Shown here: in pieces, positions 52,933-63,862 of the stretch
Layout: each line of letters begins with the position of its first letter
Numbering within the stretch: the stretch's first letter is position 1
NCBI GenBank assembly: GCA_028693565.1
Contig: JAQUVE010000001.1
Coordinates: 10,905 to 74,904, forward strand
Source of the DNA: Sulfurospirillaceae bacterium
Lineage (GTDB): Bacteria; Campylobacterota; Campylobacteria; Campylobacterales; Sulfurospirillaceae
Direction: 5' to 3'
DNA: 64,000 bases
Notes under the pieces: generated by a model
Databases searched by the model: none
What the model was told of the DNA's origin: nothing
The model's input: only the letters and a program-made list of their open reading frames with translations
Position numbers and translations under genes: made by a program

Positions 52933-54419
52933 TAAAATCCACTCGCGACAACGTATTTAGTAATCATATTTAAAAGTGGCTCTACAAATACTATTGCAAA
53001 GAGTGTCATCATCGTAGCAAAGCCTACAATTACCTTCAGTGGCGTTGACGTATTGGTTGCAAAAATACTCGCATCATTATTGACAGGTTCTTTTAAAAAC
53101 ATATAAATAACCAATTTCATATAGTAATACACTGCTATCGCGCTATTAACAACAATAATAATAGCAAGCCCAATAAATTGACTATTCACTGCCGCACTAA
53201 TAAGGTAAAGCTTTCCCCAGAAGACAGAAAAAGGTGGCATTCCAGCAAGAGCAAACATAAAGACGCCCATTATGGTAGCTGTCGTTGGCATAATTTTAAC
53301 CATACCTGAAAACTTTGAAAAAGGGTGTTGATAACGCTCATCCCAAAGATTCTTTTCATGCCTTACCGCCCATAACAGCGTAAATGCTCCTAGATTGGTA
53401 AACATAAAAAGAGTCCAGTAAAGGAAAAGTGCCGTATTGGCTTGTGTTGTTCCAATAAGAATAGCCGCCATCATTGAACCTGCATGAGCGATAGAACTAA
53501 AGGCTAACATACGCTTCACATCTTCTTGCACTAAGGCGGTAAGATTGGATACGGTCATTGTTAAAACAACAATACCATATAAAATGTATTCTAACCAAAC
53601 AACACCTGAGAGCACGAGCATCTCAAATAGACGCATAGCAACGACAAAACCAGCAATTTTTGGCACAATTGACATATAGCCTGCCAAAGGAGATGAACTT
53701 CCTTCATAAACATCGGGTGTCCATGTGTGAAAAGGCACTAAAGAGATTTTAAAGCCAATTGCTCCAAGCATAAAAACTGTGCCTGCTAAAATACCTAACA
53801 AAGGTTCAAAGTCTCTTTGAATAAGAACTTCTTCAATTTGATGTATTTCGACACTTCCTGTTAAGGCATAGAAAATAAGCGCTGAAAGTGCATAAAAGCC
53901 TGCCGCTAATGCACCCATCGTAAAATACTTAATGGCGGCCTCAAAAGCCTTATTACGATTATGTAAAGCAATCAATGTATAGAGTGCTAGGCTTGATGTT
54001 TCAAGGCCTAAGAAGATAAGAATTAAATTATCGCTGGCAACCATAAATTGAAAACCTACAATCATGAACAAAAATAGAGCATAATACTCTGCCATTTCAT
54101 ATTCTTTAAACTGGCGTTGGCCTAAAGAGAGTGGTACAAAGAATGCTGAGGCGACTAAAATAATTATTTGTGCGATTTGCGCGATTCCATCCACCAACAT
54201 TACATCAAAAAAACCTCTAATAGAACCATTGTACCCAACAACAGCTCCAAAATCTAAAATAATCAAAAGGACTGTCACCATGGTATAAAAACTTTTAGTA
54301 AGCCCTTTTACCATTAAATCAATACAAATAATACCCAATGCACCTACCGCTAAAATTGCCATAGGAAGAAGGGCTGGGAAGTTGAGGCTTGCCATGCTAA
54401 TTGAGATTGGCTCTAACAT
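52932..54419 (-). CDS. nuoN: NADH-quinone oxidoreductase subunit N
   Basis: EAAIKYF, FKISLVPFHTWTPDVYEG and KRMLAFSSIAH motifs. Confidence 0.97.
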   Translation of the reverse strand: MLEPISISMASLNFPALLPMAILAVGALGIICIDLMVKGLTKSFYTMVTVLLIILDFGAVVGYNGSIRGFFDVMLVDGIAQIAQIIILVASAFFVPLSLGQRQFKEYEMAEYYALFLFMIVGFQFMVASDNLILIFLGLETSSLALYTLIALHNRNKAFEAAIKYFTMGALAAGFYALSALIFYALTGSVEIHQIEEVLIQRDFEPLLGILAGTVFMLGAIGFKISLVPFHTWTPDVYEGSSSPLAGYMSIVPKIAGFVVAMRLFEMLVLSGVVWLEYILYGIVVLTMTVSNLTALVQEDVKRMLAFSSIAHAGSMMAAILIGTTQANTALFLYWTLFMFTNLGAFTLLWAVRHEKNLWDERYQHPFSKFSGMVKIMPTTATIMGVFMFALAGMPPFSVFWGKLYLISAAVNSQFIGLAIIIVVNSAIAVYYYMKLVIYMFLKEPVNNDASIFATNTSTPLKVIVGFATMMTLFAIVFVEPLLNMITKYVVASGF

Positions 54420-55945
54420 TATTTGGTTCCTCCTATGCGATTAACATTAATGATAAACTCGCTGGTATGTGGGTCTATCGCTTTTTTCTCCAATAAAACC
54501 AGCATTTTTTTAACACTCATATCAATGGTTGTTAAAATTGGTTTTGGATAGACACCTAAAATGACAACCAATGCCACAAGAGGAATTAAAGCTGTCAGCT
54601 CTTTTGCATTTAAGTCTTTTAAGGTTTTATTATCCTCGTGTGTCACTTCACCAAAAAAAGATTTTTTATAAAGTGTTAACATATAAACAGCCCCTAAAAT
54701 AATGCCTGACCCTGCCAAAAGCGTCATGATCCAATTTACTTTGTAAAAACCTGCTAAGGATAAAAATTCACCTACAAACCCAATGGTTAAGGGAAGTCCC
54801 ACTGAAGCCATTAACATTATGCCATACACCGTAGCAAACCCTGGCATAACAGTGGCAAGTCCTCCAAAATCTCTCATTAATTTAGTATGGCGCCTATCAT
54901 AAATAACGCCAACTAACATAAAGAGTGCGCCACTGACGATACCATGACTGAGCATTAGGAAAATTGAACCTGTGATACCCTCAGCATTCATCGCGAATGT
55001 TCCTAATACAACAATACCCATATGCGAAATAGAACTATATGCAATCACTTGCTTCATATCTTCTTGAGCATAAGCAACCATCGCCGCATAAATCACCATA
55101 ATAATGGAGATAATAGCAATAGGGTAGAGAAAATATACAGAAGCGTCAGGGAATAAAGGAAGTGAAAAACGTACAAAACCATAACTTCCCATTTTCAACA
55201 ATACCGCGGCCAAAATGATCGAACCAATTGTTGGGGCTTGACCATGCGCATAAGGCAACCATGTATGAAAAGGAAACATAGGCACTTTAATAGCGAAAGC
55301 CAAAAAGAATGCTCCAAAAAGCAACAATTGCGTATCGAAAGGCATTTGTAATCGATACCAATCAGGCAATGCAAAACTCCAAATACCCGTTGCATCGTGG
55401 TATAAAAAAGCTATATATAAAATACCTACTAACATTAATACAGAGCCAGCAAAAGTATAAAGGAAAAACTTGATAGCAGCATACAGACGTTGTGCACTTC
55501 CCCACGCACCAATGATATAAAGCATTGGAACCAATGAAAGCTCCCAAAACGCATAAAACCAGATGACATCTAAAATTAAGAAAACACCGACCATGGTCAT
55601 CTCTAAGAAAAGTACTGAAATAATTAAGTTTTTTATCTCGTCTTTAATACTAAGAGCAATAAATGCAATCATCGTAATAAACGTTGATAAGATTACTAAG
55701 AAAAGTGAAATTCCATCCACTCCTAAATAATAACTCATACCATAGCTTGGGATAAAAGGGTAGTACTCAACAAACTGATAGCCTGCATTAGAACCATCAA
55801 AACCAATCCATAAAATAATCGAAAGGAAAAACTCAATAGCACTAACGCTAATACCATATACTTTTATGCTCTCCTTTGCGACCAAAAATCCTAAAAGCCC
55901 TGCCATCGCTGGAAAAAATACAAGAAGTGATAAAATATGATCCAT
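54419..55945 (-). CDS. nuoM: NADH-quinone oxidoreductase subunit M
   Basis: FWELSLVPM, AIKVPMFPFHTWLPYAH and AYSSISHMG motifs. Confidence 0.97.
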   Translation of the reverse strand: MDHILSLLVFFPAMAGLLGFLVAKESIKVYGISVSAIEFFLSIILWIGFDGSNAGYQFVEYYPFIPSYGMSYYLGVDGISLFLVILSTFITMIAFIALSIKDEIKNLIISVLFLEMTMVGVFLILDVIWFYAFWELSLVPMLYIIGAWGSAQRLYAAIKFFLYTFAGSVLMLVGILYIAFLYHDATGIWSFALPDWYRLQMPFDTQLLLFGAFFLAFAIKVPMFPFHTWLPYAHGQAPTIGSIILAAVLLKMGSYGFVRFSLPLFPDASVYFLYPIAIISIIMVIYAAMVAYAQEDMKQVIAYSSISHMGIVVLGTFAMNAEGITGSIFLMLSHGIVSGALFMLVGVIYDRRHTKLMRDFGGLATVMPGFATVYGIMLMASVGLPLTIGFVGEFLSLAGFYKVNWIMTLLAGSGIILGAVYMLTLYKKSFFGEVTHEDNKTLKDLNAKELTALIPLVALVVILGVYPKPILTTIDMSVKKMLVLLEKKAIDPHTSEFIINVNRIGGTK

Positions 55946-55954
55946 TACTAACTC

Positions 55955-57811
55955 CTACACCATTGGTCTAAAAAAAATTGCAAGAGCAAGCAACGCCACC
56001 ATACCAACAATCATCCAGCGTAACATATCTGAAAGATTGCCACTTTGCATCTTCCTCGTATTTTGCCCTGTTGCGTAAATGACTTTAGCGATTAAATCTA
56101 CTGTAAAATCAACAATTCTCACATCAATTCTTTGCCATAGAAAGCGTGAAAGTACAGTAAATGGTTGCATTATATACATTGCATATAATTTAGGAATAAA
56201 ATATTGATTGATGAGCAGCTTATAACACGCTCTATTTTCAAGTGATTTGCTAAAGCCACCTCGACTGTACTTGTAAATCGCAAACACAATACCGCTAATA
56301 GCAATAGCTGAAGTTCCAGCGATCAATGCCCACTCTGTCCCATGGCTCAAATGCACTTCATAATGACTTAGAAGTCGTGTTACAAAGCCTTCAAAACTGT
56401 GTTCAAAGAAACCTGCAATAATCGCTAAAAGACCCAATGGCATCAACGCATATATAACAAAAGGCTGTGCTTCATGCGGATGAATACCATATTTGGTATA
56501 CTCTTTTTCACCAAAGAAAACCAACATTACCAATCTAAAGCTGTAAAACGCTGTCATACCTGCACCAATAAAAAGTGCAAACCATAGGTAATATGCTCCA
56601 TGGTTAAAAGCAACTTCTAAAATCTTATCTTTAGAGAAGAAACCAGCAAATGGATAAATTCCAGCAAGGGCTACCGAAGCCACACTCATCAAAATAGCAG
56701 TCGCTTTCATGGAGCCGTACAAGCCACCCATCTTTTTGATATTGAGTTCATCATGCATCGCATGCATAACGTTACCAGCACCCAAAAAGAGGAGCGATTT
56801 AAAGAAGGCATGGGTCATAAGATGGAAAAGTGCAATCCAATACGCACCAAGCCCAGCGGCTACAAACATATATCCTAATTGTGAAAGCGTAGAATACGCA
56901 ATAATACGTTTTAAATCGTTATTCACCAACGCCATAGAAGCTGCAAAAACAGCGACAAAAGCACCCAATGACGCAATCGCAAACCCAATATGAGGAATAA
57001 GCGTATAAAGTTCTCCACAACGGATGACTAAATACACACCCGCTGTAACCATCGTAGCCGCATGAATGAGTGCTGAAACAGGAGTTGGACCTTCCATCGC
57101 ATCAGCAAGCCAAGTGTGTAGTGGAAACTGAGCGGATTTACCCATAGCACCAATAAATAAAAATATACCTATTGTCGTTACGATAGCAACATCCATTGAT
57201 TTAACCGCTGCAAATACTATATCGTATTGGAATGAGCCCACTTGCCAATAAATAAGAAAAAGTCCCATCAACATACCAAGATCGGCAATTCTATTCATAA
57301 TAAACGCTTCATTGGCTGCCCATGAAGCACTATGTTTGTGATACCAAAACCCAATAAGAAGCCATGAACAAAGGCCAACACCTTCCCATCCGATAAAAAG
57401 TCCTACGAAGTTATCGCTCATAACTAAAATCATCATCGAAAAAACAAAGGCAGATAGGTATGAGAAAAAGCGATTAAAACTCTTATCATGGTCCATATAA
57501 CCAATAGAGTAAATATGAACTATTGTTGAAACCAAAGTTACTGTGACCATCATAATGACCGACACTTGGTCAACAACAAAACCAAAAGGTATGTGTAAGT
57601 TCCCAGCATCAATCCAATCCATCATTTTCACATGTAAAGCTCCATGTGCATTGACATCAACTAATAAAACAAAAGAAGCTATCATCGATACACCGATTAA
57701 AGCCGATGCTAAAATACCCGTAAAGAGTATCTTAGGACGTGCCGCAAAAAGTGCTACCAGTAAAGAGCTAAGAAGGGGTGCAAATAGTGCAATATAGACA
57801 AATTTTTCCAT
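55955..57811 (-). CDS. nuoL: NADH-quinone oxidoreductase subunit L
   Basis: GWEGVGLCSWLLIGFW and GKSAQFPLHTWLADAMEGPTPVSALIHAATMV motifs. Confidence 0.98.
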   Translation of the reverse strand: MEKFVYIALFAPLLSSLLVALFAARPKILFTGILASALIGVSMIASFVLLVDVNAHGALHVKMMDWIDAGNLHIPFGFVVDQVSVIMMVTVTLVSTIVHIYSIGYMDHDKSFNRFFSYLSAFVFSMMILVMSDNFVGLFIGWEGVGLCSWLLIGFWYHKHSASWAANEAFIMNRIADLGMLMGLFLIYWQVGSFQYDIVFAAVKSMDVAIVTTIGIFLFIGAMGKSAQFPLHTWLADAMEGPTPVSALIHAATMVTAGVYLVIRCGELYTLIPHIGFAIASLGAFVAVFAASMALVNNDLKRIIAYSTLSQLGYMFVAAGLGAYWIALFHLMTHAFFKSLLFLGAGNVMHAMHDELNIKKMGGLYGSMKATAILMSVASVALAGIYPFAGFFSKDKILEVAFNHGAYYLWFALFIGAGMTAFYSFRLVMLVFFGEKEYTKYGIHPHEAQPFVIYALMPLGLLAIIAGFFEHSFEGFVTRLLSHYEVHLSHGTEWALIAGTSAIAISGIVFAIYKYSRGGFSKSLENRACYKLLINQYFIPKLYAMYIMQPFTVLSRFLWQRIDVRIVDFTVDLIAKVIYATGQNTRKMQSGNLSDMLRWMIVGMVALLALAIFFRPMV

Positions 57812-57814
57812 CGC

Positions 57815-58117
57815 TTATCCCTTCATCGACTGTAAACTATTAAGATCAATACTTCCATTACGCTTATACCACAATATCAGTAGTCCTAAGCCAACGGCGA
57901 CTTCACTTGCCGCTACGGCAATGATAAAGAAAGCAAACATCTGTCCGCTTAAATCACCGTAGTAGTTAGATACGGCAACAAACCCTACATTGACCGCATT
58001 GAGTAAAATCTCTGTTGAGAAAAATAACATCAGAAGGTTTGTTCTACGCATGACACCAACCAATCCAATGGAAAATAAAATACCTACTAAAACAAGGTAG
58101 TGGGTTAACGTTATCAT
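57815..58117 (-). CDS. nuoK: NADH-quinone oxidoreductase subunit K
   Basis: EILLNAVN and AVAASEVAVGL motifs. Confidence 0.97.
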   Translation of the reverse strand: MITLTHYLVLVGILFSIGLVGVMRRTNLLMLFFSTEILLNAVNVGFVAVSNYYGDLSGQMFAFFIIAVAASEVAVGLGLLILWYKRNGSIDLNSLQSMKG

Positions 58118-58665
58118 TTAACCTCCTTTACAACTTGACTTTCATTACTAGTCTCGACCTTAATATCCATTTTTTTACTGGCTAAAACAATACCTGCAAT
58201 CATTGCAACCAAAAGCATAATAGATGCTAATTCAAATGGCACTAAATATTTGGTAAACAATACAAGACCTATCATCTGAATATTTCCCGCATTTTGTATC
58301 GTTGGATAATTCGCTTGAATAGCGCTAGAAAAGAACGGTGCACACAAAATAACCATCACTAGAATCGCACTCAAAATAGAAAGAGTATAAGCTATCTTTT
58401 TATTTTTGATATTCTCTTTAACATCACGGGTAGTGTCAAAGAACATCATACCAAAGGCATAAAGCGCCATGATAGCACCTGAATAAACGGTGATTTGCAC
58501 CACGCCTAAAAACTCCGCTCCCAAGATAAAAAAGAATCCAGAGATAAAAATCATTCCGCCCGCCAATGCACTCATCGCATAAAGTGCATTTTTACTCAGC
58601 ACCACAATAGCAAACATGCCAATGCTCAATGCCGAAAAAATATAAAACGCTATTATTTCATACAT
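58114..58665 (-). CDS. nuoJ: NADH-quinone oxidoreductase subunit J
   Basis: AEFLGVVQITVYSGAI and PFELASIMLLVAMIAG motifs. Confidence 0.96.
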   Translation of the reverse strand: MYEIIAFYIFSALSIGMFAIVVLSKNALYAMSALAGGMIFISGFFFILGAEFLGVVQITVYSGAIMALYAFGMMFFDTTRDVKENIKNKKIAYTLSILSAILVMVILCAPFFSSAIQANYPTIQNAGNIQMIGLVLFTKYLVPFELASIMLLVAMIAGIVLASKKMDIKVETSNESQVVKEVK

Positions 58666-58672
58666 AGTAACC

Positions 58673-59287
58673 TCAATACGCTAATGGTGTTTTTTTAACA
58701 AACTCATCCGCATTATCACTCAATGCACCAAATCCTGGAAACTCTTGTTGTTGTTTTGCTTTAAAAGTATCAAGAGGCGTTAACATATCCTCTTTTAATC
58801 CAAAGTGCGCTCTTTGTTCGCTAGCATTTTCATACTCACTTCCATGAACAATTGCCAACTCAGGACATACCTCAGCACAATAGCCACAAAAGATACAACG
58901 ACCAAAATTGATAGAATATTCACTGACTACTTTGCGACTTCTTTCATCCACATGCGTATCCATACGAATGCAATTTGAAATACAGATTTTTTCACATAAT
59001 CCACATCCGATACAACGTTCATTACCGCTTTCAAACAAACGCAATAATTTATGAATCGCACGATATCTCGGACTCATTTCTAACTTCTCAGCAGGATATT
59101 GAACCGTATGAATATCAAAGCGTATCATCTCGCGAAACACGATCCAAAGGCCAACGAAAAGTTCACCTTTGATACTACGCTTCACAATACGTTTAAAAAT
59201 CTGCCAGCCATTTTCAGGCGCTTTTTCACCTTCAAAGAAGATATACCCTGGAGCTATATTTCTATTGTTAAAATCTTTTAATTCCAT
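58673..59287 (-). CDS. nuoI: NADH-quinone oxidoreductase subunit I
   Basis: [11 protein letters not shown] and [12 protein letters not shown], two [4Fe-4S] motifs. Confidence 0.97.
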   Translation of the reverse strand: MELKDFNNRNIAPGYIFFEGEKAPENGWQIFKRIVKRSIKGELFVGLWIVFREMIRFDIHTVQYPAEKLEMSPRYRAIHKLLRLFESGNERCIGCGLCEKICISNCIRMDTHVDERSRKVVSEYSINFGRCIFCGYCAEVCPELAIVHGSEYENASEQRAHFGLKEDMLTPLDTFKAKQQQEFPGFGALSDNADEFVKKTPLAY

Positions 59288-59298
59288 TACCGCTCCTC

Positions 59299-60291
59299 CT
59301 AAACCAATGCAAAACCGGTAATTACAATATTAATTACCGCTAATGGCATAAGCACTTTCCAACATACCCACATTAATTGATCCGGTCGAATATGTGGCCA
59401 TGCTGCTCTTACCCATAAAAATAAAAATATCCAAAACGATACTTTTAACAACATCGCAAGGGCTCCTGGAATAAACCAAATAGGATTATAACCACCCATA
59501 AAAATAATGCTAACAAGAACCGATACCGTAATCATATTGGCATATTCTCCTACAAAAAACAGACCCCAACGCATCCCAGAGTACTCCGTCGCATAGCCCG
59601 AAACGACTTCTGCTTCAAACTCTATCGTATCAAAAGGTGAGCGGTTTGTTTCCATAAACCCTGCCATCGCAAACAAAAGGAAAGCGAGAGGCTGTTTCCA
59701 AATGAGCCAACTTGTTACTCCACTACTTTGATAATCATTAATATCAATCAGTGAAAGCGAACCTATCATCATAATAGGAGCCAATATTGAAAGTCCGCTA
59801 ACGACTTCAAAAGAGAGCATTTGCACTACGGCACGGGCTGCCCCTAAAAGTGACCATTTATTTGAGCTACTCATACCTGCAAGCAATGGTCCATAAACAC
59901 CCACCGATGCAACACCCATAACATACAAAACAGCTACATTGATATCTGAGACAATCGGCGTAATCTTATACCCGAAAAGTGTAAATTCTGGGAAATAAGG
60001 TACAGCAGCCATCGCCGTAAACGCTGTAGTTGCAGCAATAATTGGAGCTAAAATAAAAATCGGTTTAACAGCATTTTGAGGGATAATGTCCTCTTTAGTA
60101 AACAACTTAATACCATCTGCTGCTAATTGTAATACACCATATGGACCCACATGCATAGGTCCTAGTCGGCGTTGCATGAAAGCTAGCACCTTTCGTTCAA
60201 TCCATGTGGCAAAGGCACCCATACCCGCAGTCACTGAAAGAACAATGACGGCTTTGATAATCGTTTCAATTACTACGGCTGTTTCATTCAT
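59299..60291 (-). CDS. nuoH: NADH-quinone oxidoreductase subunit H
   Basis: [24 protein letters not shown] and [15 protein letters not shown] motifs. Start trimmed to 60291. Confidence 0.97.
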   Translation of the reverse strand: MNETAVVIETIIKAVIVLSVTAGMGAFATWIERKVLAFMQRRLGPMHVGPYGVLQLAADGIKLFTKEDIIPQNAVKPIFILAPIIAATTAFTAMAAVPYFPEFTLFGYKITPIVSDINVAVLYVMGVASVGVYGPLLAGMSSSNKWSLLGAARAVVQMLSFEVVSGLSILAPIMMIGSLSLIDINDYQSSGVTSWLIWKQPLAFLLFAMAGFMETNRSPFDTIEFEAEVVSGYATEYSGMRWGLFFVGEYANMITVSVLVSIIFMGGYNPIWFIPGALAMLLKVSFWIFLFLWVRAAWPHIRPDQLMWVCWKVLMPLAVINIVITGFALV

Positions 60292-62758
60292 GATCAACAC
60301 CTCTTATTGTAAGCTTCGCAAATCTGTATCCATTATTAAACAATGGCGCAATGTCAAGTTTTGTATCAAATGTTGGTAAATAGGGAATGAGTCCACCAAT
60401 ATGCGCATCCAACTGAACGGAAACAACCAGTTTTGCACCAGTCTCATTGCTGATGTGTACCACTGAACCCTCTTTTAAGTTGTTGGCTTCCAAAAATTCA
60501 GCCGAAGCATATAAAGCACCTGTTGTATTGAGTTGGTGTGCCTTGTTCGTAAAAGCACTAAAATGTAAAACAGGATTAGCAAGATAAACAACAGAATCGA
60601 ATACTGCTATCTCAGCCAATGGCTCAACTTCTTCTTGACCCGTAACACTTTGAACATTCAGAAGATAGCCTCTATTTTCATACCCACTGTTATCAAATGT
60701 ATTAGGAAGTGTGTCAAATTCTCTGCTCTCATAGCCTTTACTTAATGGTAATTCCTGTGTATAGTCTATTGTCCATTCACTCTCCAAACCAAGTACATTT
60801 GCGATATCATTAAGGCAGTAGCCTTTAAAAGCAAGCGCTGCATTTGTCGGTACAACACGTTTATTCATAGAGGTAAAAGTACCTTCTTGTTGATTCAATG
60901 CTGGCATCGCTAAATCACCATTTCCTAAAGCACTCAATGTAAAGTCAGCTTTGACGTTGTAGCCTAAAGTAAAGCTACCTTTTTGCTCATCCAACGCACA
61001 AATCAATGCAACCCCTAAGGTATTGGTACGAGATGGGATGATCATAACATTAAAGGCAGTATATTTTTCAATGAATCCTAACAGTTTTGCGATATTTTCA
61101 GCCCTTGGATGTCGATATAAGTCCTCGCCCGCAATCAAACTGAAACTATCTTTTTTATCCAATAGCTTTTCAATTTTTTCACTTAAATCCGCTTCTGCCC
61201 CAATAAGCTCAAGCAGGGCATTAGTATCAATATCTATCTCTTTATCAACCATTTTAGTCACACTTTTAATGACCTCTTTTTCTTCACCACTCTCTTCGTC
61301 TTTGACCATCTCTTTAACATCTTCTTTGATGCTCTCTTGAATGGTTTTTTTACTCATTGTATGAAAAGTCGCAAGATAGTCGACTAAAGATTGCGGCATT
61401 GCTGCTTTATCTCCAAACAAATCCAATAAAAGATAAGCAATCGCTTCCTCTGCTCCCACTTTATGGGTAATACTTAAAAGATTTTTAGAATAAGCCGAAA
61501 CAATTGGATCTGCTATCGGATGAAAATAAAGTCCCGCACCTTTGTTAAGTAGTAACGCATTGTTCATGGCATAACCACTGTTGGGGCTATCGGTTTTGAG
61601 TGCTGTACCAAAACTGACCACGAAATTGCTCTCTCGTATTTTTTGCAAATCACCACTATAGAGGCTCACTCCACTCGTTTGTGAAAAAGCCTTTAAAAAT
61701 TTCTGATACGCTAGGGCATCATCATTCACTAAACGATAATTAAATTTCTCTTTGAGCTTTTGCAAAATCAATGCTTCTTCATTGGTAATAAAACTATCAA
61801 AAGCGATTGTATCGACTTTGGTTTTCAAAAGTTCAATGGCTTCAGCAAATGTTTTTTCATCTTTGCCAGCAATGATGTTTTCAAAATCAAATCCATAACG
61901 TGCCGCTCCATGAAGTGGTGCATAGTTATGATCACTACTTACTCGATAAATTTTTGGCTGAGAATCTTTGATTGAGCTATGTTTAACATCATAATACATT
62001 AATGAACAATCACTGCTATGAGGGTTACTTGCGGGGATTTTTTTAAGCTCCCACGCATTAGATTTATATTGGAAATCACTTCCTACAAGTGCACCTACAG
62101 GACAAACAGCAGTACATTCACCACAAAACGTACAATCCAAAGTTTCCGCACCACTCGCCACACCGATGATAGACTTTTGAAGTTTATTCCACATCGCATA
62201 GGCGTCTTTTTCCGTGTTGTCTTTCCAACTTTTATCAAGCTCAGTACCACCTCTTGGTACCGTTTTAAGAGCACTATCGCCAATCATGTCTTTACACACC
62301 GTAACACAACGTTCACATACAATACATAAAGAAGAGTCATAATGGATGAGACCCCAATTTTTGGTTGGGCGATGCGTGTCAGGGATACAATGGCGTTGTG
62401 AATCAACCCCCATCTCTAAGGTATAGTTTTGCAATTCACATTCACCACTTTGGTCACAAACACCACACTCTAAGGGATGATTGATATCGTAAATCTCCAT
62501 AATTGCACGGCGCTCTTTTTCAATATCTTCCGTTTTGGTGATAACGCTCATTCCCTCTTTGGTTCTGGCATTACAGCTGTACGCGCGCTTTCCATCGACC
62601 TCAACCAAGCATAAACGACAGGCAAGGGTGGGTGAACAGTTTGTCACATAACACAAAGCGGGTATAAAAATACCATTTCTACGTGCAACATTTAAAACAT
62701 ATTCGCCCTCTTTGGCAACACATTGTTTTCCGTCAATTGTTATTAGAATATCGCTCAT
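60284..62758 (-). CDS. nuoG: NADH-quinone oxidoreductase subunit G (Campylobacterota type)
   Basis: 2Fe-2S motif (CY..C..LACRLC), HPLECGVCDQSGEC, two CxxCxxCxxxC motifs and molybdopterin-oxidoreductase-like C-terminal domains. Start trimmed to 62758. Confidence 0.96.
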   Translation of the reverse strand: MSDILITIDGKQCVAKEGEYVLNVARRNGIFIPALCYVTNCSPTLACRLCLVEVDGKRAYSCNARTKEGMSVITKTEDIEKERRAIMEIYDINHPLECGVCDQSGECELQNYTLEMGVDSQRHCIPDTHRPTKNWGLIHYDSSLCIVCERCVTVCKDMIGDSALKTVPRGGTELDKSWKDNTEKDAYAMWNKLQKSIIGVASGAETLDCTFCGECTAVCPVGALVGSDFQYKSNAWELKKIPASNPHSSDCSLMYYDVKHSSIKDSQPKIYRVSSDHNYAPLHGAARYGFDFENIIAGKDEKTFAEAIELLKTKVDTIAFDSFITNEEALILQKLKEKFNYRLVNDDALAYQKFLKAFSQTSGVSLYSGDLQKIRESNFVVSFGTALKTDSPNSGYAMNNALLLNKGAGLYFHPIADPIVSAYSKNLLSITHKVGAEEAIAYLLLDLFGDKAAMPQSLVDYLATFHTMSKKTIQESIKEDVKEMVKDEESGEEKEVIKSVTKMVDKEIDIDTNALLELIGAEADLSEKIEKLLDKKDSFSLIAGEDLYRHPRAENIAKLLGFIEKYTAFNVMIIPSRTNTLGVALICALDEQKGSFTLGYNVKADFTLSALGNGDLAMPALNQQEGTFTSMNKRVVPTNAALAFKGYCLNDIANVLGLESEWTIDYTQELPLSKGYESREFDTLPNTFDNSGYENRGYLLNVQSVTGQEEVEPLAEIAVFDSVVYLANPVLHFSAFTNKAHQLNTTGALYASAEFLEANNLKEGSVVHISNETGAKLVVSVQLDAHIGGLIPYLPTFDTKLDIAPLFNNGYRFAKLTIRGVDHE

Positions 62759-62766
62759 TGAACTTC

Positions 62767-63618
62767 TCACTTCACAATTTTTGCTACATTGTAGCGATAG
62801 GATATATCCTCATTTTGGGTACACGGCATCAAAGCGATTGTTCCTTTCAAACTCTCGTCTAAGACAAATATACGCGGATATATCGCTTGATTTATAACAA
62901 CTTGGATTCTTTCTCCATGTTGCACCTTTGCTGCCATTTGAAATTGCAAAGACCCCATTAAACAACCCTCTTCTTCTTGGTTTAGTGCAGGACATCGATA
63001 GATCACTACACCATCAAAACTTTTTAGGGAGGCAACTTCTTCGAGCATACTCTCGTTGGTTTCACTTGTTATGATTGTATCATTGGGCGACAGTAAAATC
63101 TTTGCTTTACCATACGTGGCTATAAGACCTGCTAATCGTGCGATGTTATTAGCTCGGGGATGTGTTACAAGATCAGCTCCCAAGACTAATACTACATTTT
63201 GGCTTTGCCTATAAAGGGATTGAATAGCTTCAATCTCTTCTTCACCCATATTACTTTCTGCACTTAAATAACCATCATCTAAATTATCAAAATATGTTTG
63301 CAAAGATAGCGGTATTTCAATATCTGCCAACAATGCTTGAGCCAATAATGCAAGCACACCCTCTTCAGAACCTGCTTCATAACGACTAAAAAAAGTTGTT
63401 TGTGTTTGCAACGATTTTTCTTCCATTGTAAAAAGATAAACTAAAGAAGCATTCTCTTCTTGGACGCACGTTGCAATCTCGTGAAGCATTATTTGATTGT
63501 CACGTGAAAGTAATGTCCCAATCACTATCAACAAATCACCACCCTTACATGTCGCAACACTCTGTGCCTTATCATGTAATGTAAGAGCTGTTATAAAATC
63601 TGTTTTTGCGTTTTTCAC
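62767..63618 (-). CDS. NuoF-position substitute subunit (NuoY / Cj1574c-like); resembles the NuoG C-terminal half
   Basis: Occupies the nuoF slot but has no FMN/NADH-binding or N3 cysteine motif. Shares HPRA.NIA.L.G.I and other blocks with NuoG. Confidence 0.8.
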   Translation of the reverse strand: MKNAKTDFITALTLHDKAQSVATCKGGDLLIVIGTLLSRDNQIMLHEIATCVQEENASLVYLFTMEEKSLQTQTTFFSRYEAGSEEGVLALLAQALLADIEIPLSLQTYFDNLDDGYLSAESNMGEEEIEAIQSLYRQSQNVVLVLGADLVTHPRANNIARLAGLIATYGKAKILLSPNDTIITSETNESMLEEVASLKSFDGVVIYRCPALNQEEEGCLMGSLQFQMAAKVQHGERIQVVINQAIYPRIFVLDESLKGTIALMPCTQNEDISYRYNVAKIVK

Positions 63619-63854
63619 TCGAGTTCGCCTCTAACTTTTTTAACTACGATTGTCCAATCAGTCTCATTAAACTTAAGTGAATTCATTAATGTCCAACCTG
63701 CTTCTTTAATAGCATCTGCACTTTTTTGAATGGGTGTAAAATCACCAATTTCAAACATAAAGATGGAAACTTCCCCTGCTTTGGTTTCATCTATAATTTC
63801 AAGCATTCTTCCGTAAAAATCATCTTTGAGATGTCTTAAATCATAACGTTGCAT
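63615..63854 (-). CDS. NuoE-position substitute subunit (NuoX / Cj1575c-like)
   Basis: 79 aa with no cysteines, MQRYDLRHLK..SLKFNETDW..VVKK, in the nuoE slot. Confidence 0.85.
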   Translation of the reverse strand: MQRYDLRHLKDDFYGRMLEIIDETKAGEVSIFMFEIGDFTPIQKSADAIKEAGWTLMNSLKFNETDWTIVVKKVRGELE

Positions 63855-63862
63855 GCCTTCTC

